From NCBI GenBank assembly GCA_947173945.1, contig CAMWGV010000010.1, positions 56-64,055 on the forward strand: a DNA stretch of 64,000 nt, read 5' to 3'. This DNA comes from an uncultured Lachnospiraceae bacterium. Its GTDB lineage: Bacteria; Bacillota; Clostridia; Lachnospirales; Lachnospiraceae. Shown here one piece after another: positions 61,811 through 64,000 of the stretch (its first letter is position 1; each line of letters starts with the position of its first letter). The notes below the pieces were generated by a model that did no database searches, was not told where the DNA came from, and worked only from the letters and a program-made list of their open reading frames with translations. Made by a program: the position numbers and the translations under genes.

Positions 61811-62740
61811 ATGGGTTTAATAATTACTTTTTTAATTATTTATAATATTGCATTTAAGAACAATCCGAGAACATATAAGGCTGTTGAGGGCAGAGTCGGA
61901 AAAATGATTACTGCAATCGTTATTATAAGCATACTATTCTCGATAGGTGTTCCGGGTTTCTTTATTATGTCCTTAGTTGCTATTATGTCGCTTGTGGCTG
62001 TATTGGGAGCATTTGCACTGCCGTTCTATCTTATATATGTTGTGTTAAAGTGGCTTGGAATTATCAAAGTCAAAAATAGGCCAGGGCTTAGAAATGAAGC
62101 GGATAGACAGCGGTATGAGAGTGAATTCAATGCATCGAATGGCAGGAACAAAAAAGGCAATGGATTTTCGCTTACGGGACTTACAAGATCATATCCAAAG
62201 AGACGCAAAATTGTTGTAAAATTCAGTAAAAAATACAAGCTGAATCTTACCGAAAAAGAGGTTGAACGTATCGTCGATGCTTCCTACATGTCTTTCTCAT
62301 GGGAGCGGGAAATATACGATATGTCTCAGGAGTATGATGTAATCTCCCAATGGTATAGCAGGGACACAGACTGGCTCAGGGCATACTTGAGAGTATTTCC
62401 GATACAGTCGGTCTCATCAGATTTTGACAGGCAAAAGGCAATATGTCTGGATGTATTCCGGCAGGTGCTTGGGGATATAAATCCGGATAAGTTCTATACC
62501 ATTGACGAGTGTGTAGATTACTTAAATGATAAATACCTTACCACATTTGATGAAGTAACATTTATGATAGCATACAGATTTTTGGAAGCGAACAAGATAC
62601 ATATAGATTTACCGTCACAGCAGGTAGTAAAAGGCAGTTCCGAATTAGAACGCCTGATGAATAAATATGATGATGAAGCAGATGCATTTGTGGGACAGGG
62701 AAGCTACAGTGAGCCTGACCAGACAAGACTTGGAATGTAA
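61811..62740 (+). CDS. Hypothetical membrane protein
   Basis: Hydrophobic N-terminal third and a soluble C-terminal domain; 2 bp after the yebC stop. Confidence 0.75.
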   Translation: MGLIITFLIIYNIAFKNNPRTYKAVEGRVGKMITAIVIISILFSIGVPGFFIMSLVAIMSLVAVLGAFALPFYLIYVVLKWLGIIKVKNRPGLRNEADRQRYESEFNASNGRNKKGNGFSLTGLTRSYPKRRKIVVKFSKKYKLNLTEKEVERIVDASYMSFSWEREIYDMSQEYDVISQWYSRDTDWLRAYLRVFPIQSVSSDFDRQKAICLDVFRQVLGDINPDKFYTIDECVDYLNDKYLTTFDEVTFMIAYRFLEANKIHIDLPSQQVVKGSSELERLMNKYDDEADAFVGQGSYSEPDQTRLGM

Positions 62741-62750
62741 TTGCAAAAAC

Positions 62751-63161
62751 AAAAAAGGGGCTGTCGAGCTAAATGAAAGATTACACTGTACGGCTAGCCC
62801 GCAGCGGTCATATGCTGCTATATTCATATAAAACACGCTTTCGCTCGTCTCCGACGTAACGGTACTAAGAAGTGCCTGTACGGATGCGGCCTATGCAGTG
62901 ACGAAAAACCGTTTGAAGACGTCGGTACTTAAATTGCCGGTCTAGGGATCCTTATATTGGACTATCTTAGACCGGCAATTTTTAGTACCGTTACGTTGGA
63001 GACGAGCGAAAGCGTGTTTTTGGTCACTGCATAGGCTGCATCCGTACAAGCACTTCAAGTACCGACGTCTTCAAACGGTTTTATTATGAATATAGCAGCA
63101 TGTGACTGCCGCAGGCTAGCCATACAGTATAATCTTTCCTTAATGCGGTAGTCTATTTTTT
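62751..63161. repeat. Composite permuted inverted-repeat element (A B C D E | E' B' C' D' A')
   Basis: A 62775-62827 / A' 63086-63138 (47/53); B 62830-62868 / B' 62982-63020 (38/39); C 62869-62902 / C' 63023-63056 (32/34); D 62905-62930 / D' 63057-63082 (26/26); E 62931-62944 / E' 62968-62981 (14/14). Confidence 0.93.
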
Positions 63162-63164
63162 CGT

Positions 63165-64000
63165 TTACTGCAATCTTACAAGGTTAGAGCAGTGGCGGTT
63201 TCCCTGTATATCCTCAAATATGAACATTCCGAAATATGGAATACCGTCAATCATTTTACCGGAAACAGTGGAAAAACCATCTGACACAGGCTGGGTATTA
63301 TAACGAAGTACAAGGTCGCTCCAGTCTGCTTCGTTCAGAGTTGTCAAGTCCTCCTCAGATGTAAATTCATGGGAGAAGGAACCGAAAGCAATATTCTCGT
63401 AATCATTTGGGTTTATTTCATATCTTTCAGGAAATAAATTTGTGGTATCTCCAGACGCAATATTTGCTATAGGATATGTACCAAGCAGTTGTCCACCAGG
63501 GTTTTCTGCTGATACATCCATGACAAAATATGCATATACGGCATCCGCATCATTAATAGTTTCATTAAAAAGAATACTTGAGAGCAAATACCTGGTATAG
63601 GAGTCTGTTTTTTCCTGAATAGTATACATTACCTCATATTGTTCGGATGTCGTATTGTTCTGCATGTAAATTACGTTTCCGTCAAAGTGTGCGGTTGCAG
63701 TTCCTTTCGAATCTATGGATACATCATTTCCCATTGCAACAAACATATAATTAGATGGATTATCCATGTCCGTTCTTGATATTACAAAGTAAGCATTTTC
63801 GCAGCATGCCTGTTGCTCAGGTGTCAATGTTAATGAAAAGCTCATGTCATCGTTTGCTTGCGGAATCATTGTAGCAACATCCCACTCAGCAGAAAGCGTA
63901 TCGGTTCCTGTCAACAATGTTGAAAATGAGGTTATGTATGATGTGTAATTAGGTGCAAAGCTAAATCCCGTGTATGTTGGAATAAAAATGCTTGTGTATT
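63165..64000 (-). CDS. C-terminal part of a large protein, possibly a clostripain-related (C11) peptidase; 5' end lies beyond the window
   Basis: Frame stays open from 63917 to the window edge (...YTSIFIPTYTGFSFAPNYTSYITSF...). The family call rests on weak resemblance only. Confidence 0.45.
   Translation of the reverse strand, partial: YTSIFIPTYTGFSFAPNYTSYITSFSTLLTGTDTLSAEWDVATMIPQANDDMSFSLTLTPEQQACCENAYFVISRTDMDNPSNYMFVAMGNDVSIDSKGTATAHFDGNVIYMQNNTTSEQYEVMYTIQEKTDSYTRYLLSSILFNETINDADAVYAYFVMDVSAENPGGQLLGTYPIANIASGDTTNLFPERYEINPNDYENIAFGSFSHEFTSEEDLTTLNEADWSDLVLRYNTQPVSDGFSTVSGKMIDGIPYFGMFIFEDIQGNRHCSNLVRLQ

Noticed and set aside
842-62836. The many 60-200 aa antisense or alternative-frame ORFs in the track (e.g. 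7053-7553, 10409-10984, 15565-16107, 57854-58474)
   Set aside because: They are shadows of well-supported genes, with no RBS or domain motifs
62751-63161. CRISPR array, tRNA or a plain bidirectional terminator
   Set aside because: The repeats are inverted rather than direct, there is no cloverleaf, and the length and permuted order far exceed what a terminator needs
1-64000. rRNA, tRNA, tmRNA, T-box or yybP-ykoY elements
   Set aside because: None were recognised by eye in the intergenic regions; a tRNAscan/Infernal run would be needed to exclude them formally

Overview
Low-GC Bacillota chromosome segment. Gene content and order suggest Lachnospiraceae/Clostridia (inference). 1-8 kb is the right end of an accessory island. 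It holds an intact, 5'-truncated DUF1998-type helicase followed by a NERD-nuclease/SF1-helicase (candidate defence pair). After these comes a decayed HTH-xis-int module of the Tn916-like tyrosine-integrase type (frameshifts and in-frame stops), two hypothetical genes and an HTH-Fic gene. 8-36.7 kb is mostly housekeeping: LMW-PTP, K+ channel, nth, a polyamine cluster (aguA-aguB-decarboxylase-speE-CASDH...nspC), MCP, flavin reductase-rubredoxin, pheA, Fur-like, mntP, mnmA, ybaK, WYL, hydE, hslO and an LTA synthase. 36.7-39.4 kb is a small islet ending in a CDF transporter under a clear NiCo riboswitch. 39.6-53.3 kb is ychF, lgt and the dcw cluster (mraZ to ftsZ). It is followed by an FHA-FHA-ABC exporter, an SLT gene, nnr, alr, an antitoxin-less mazF/ndoA, a CBS/CorC gene and yebC. 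The most unusual object is a ~410-bp non-coding element at 62751-63161 built from five inverted-repeat modules in permuted order (A B C D E | E' B' C' D' A'). No rRNA, tRNA or CRISPR array was recognised. All calls are by-eye motif recognition; no database searches were run.
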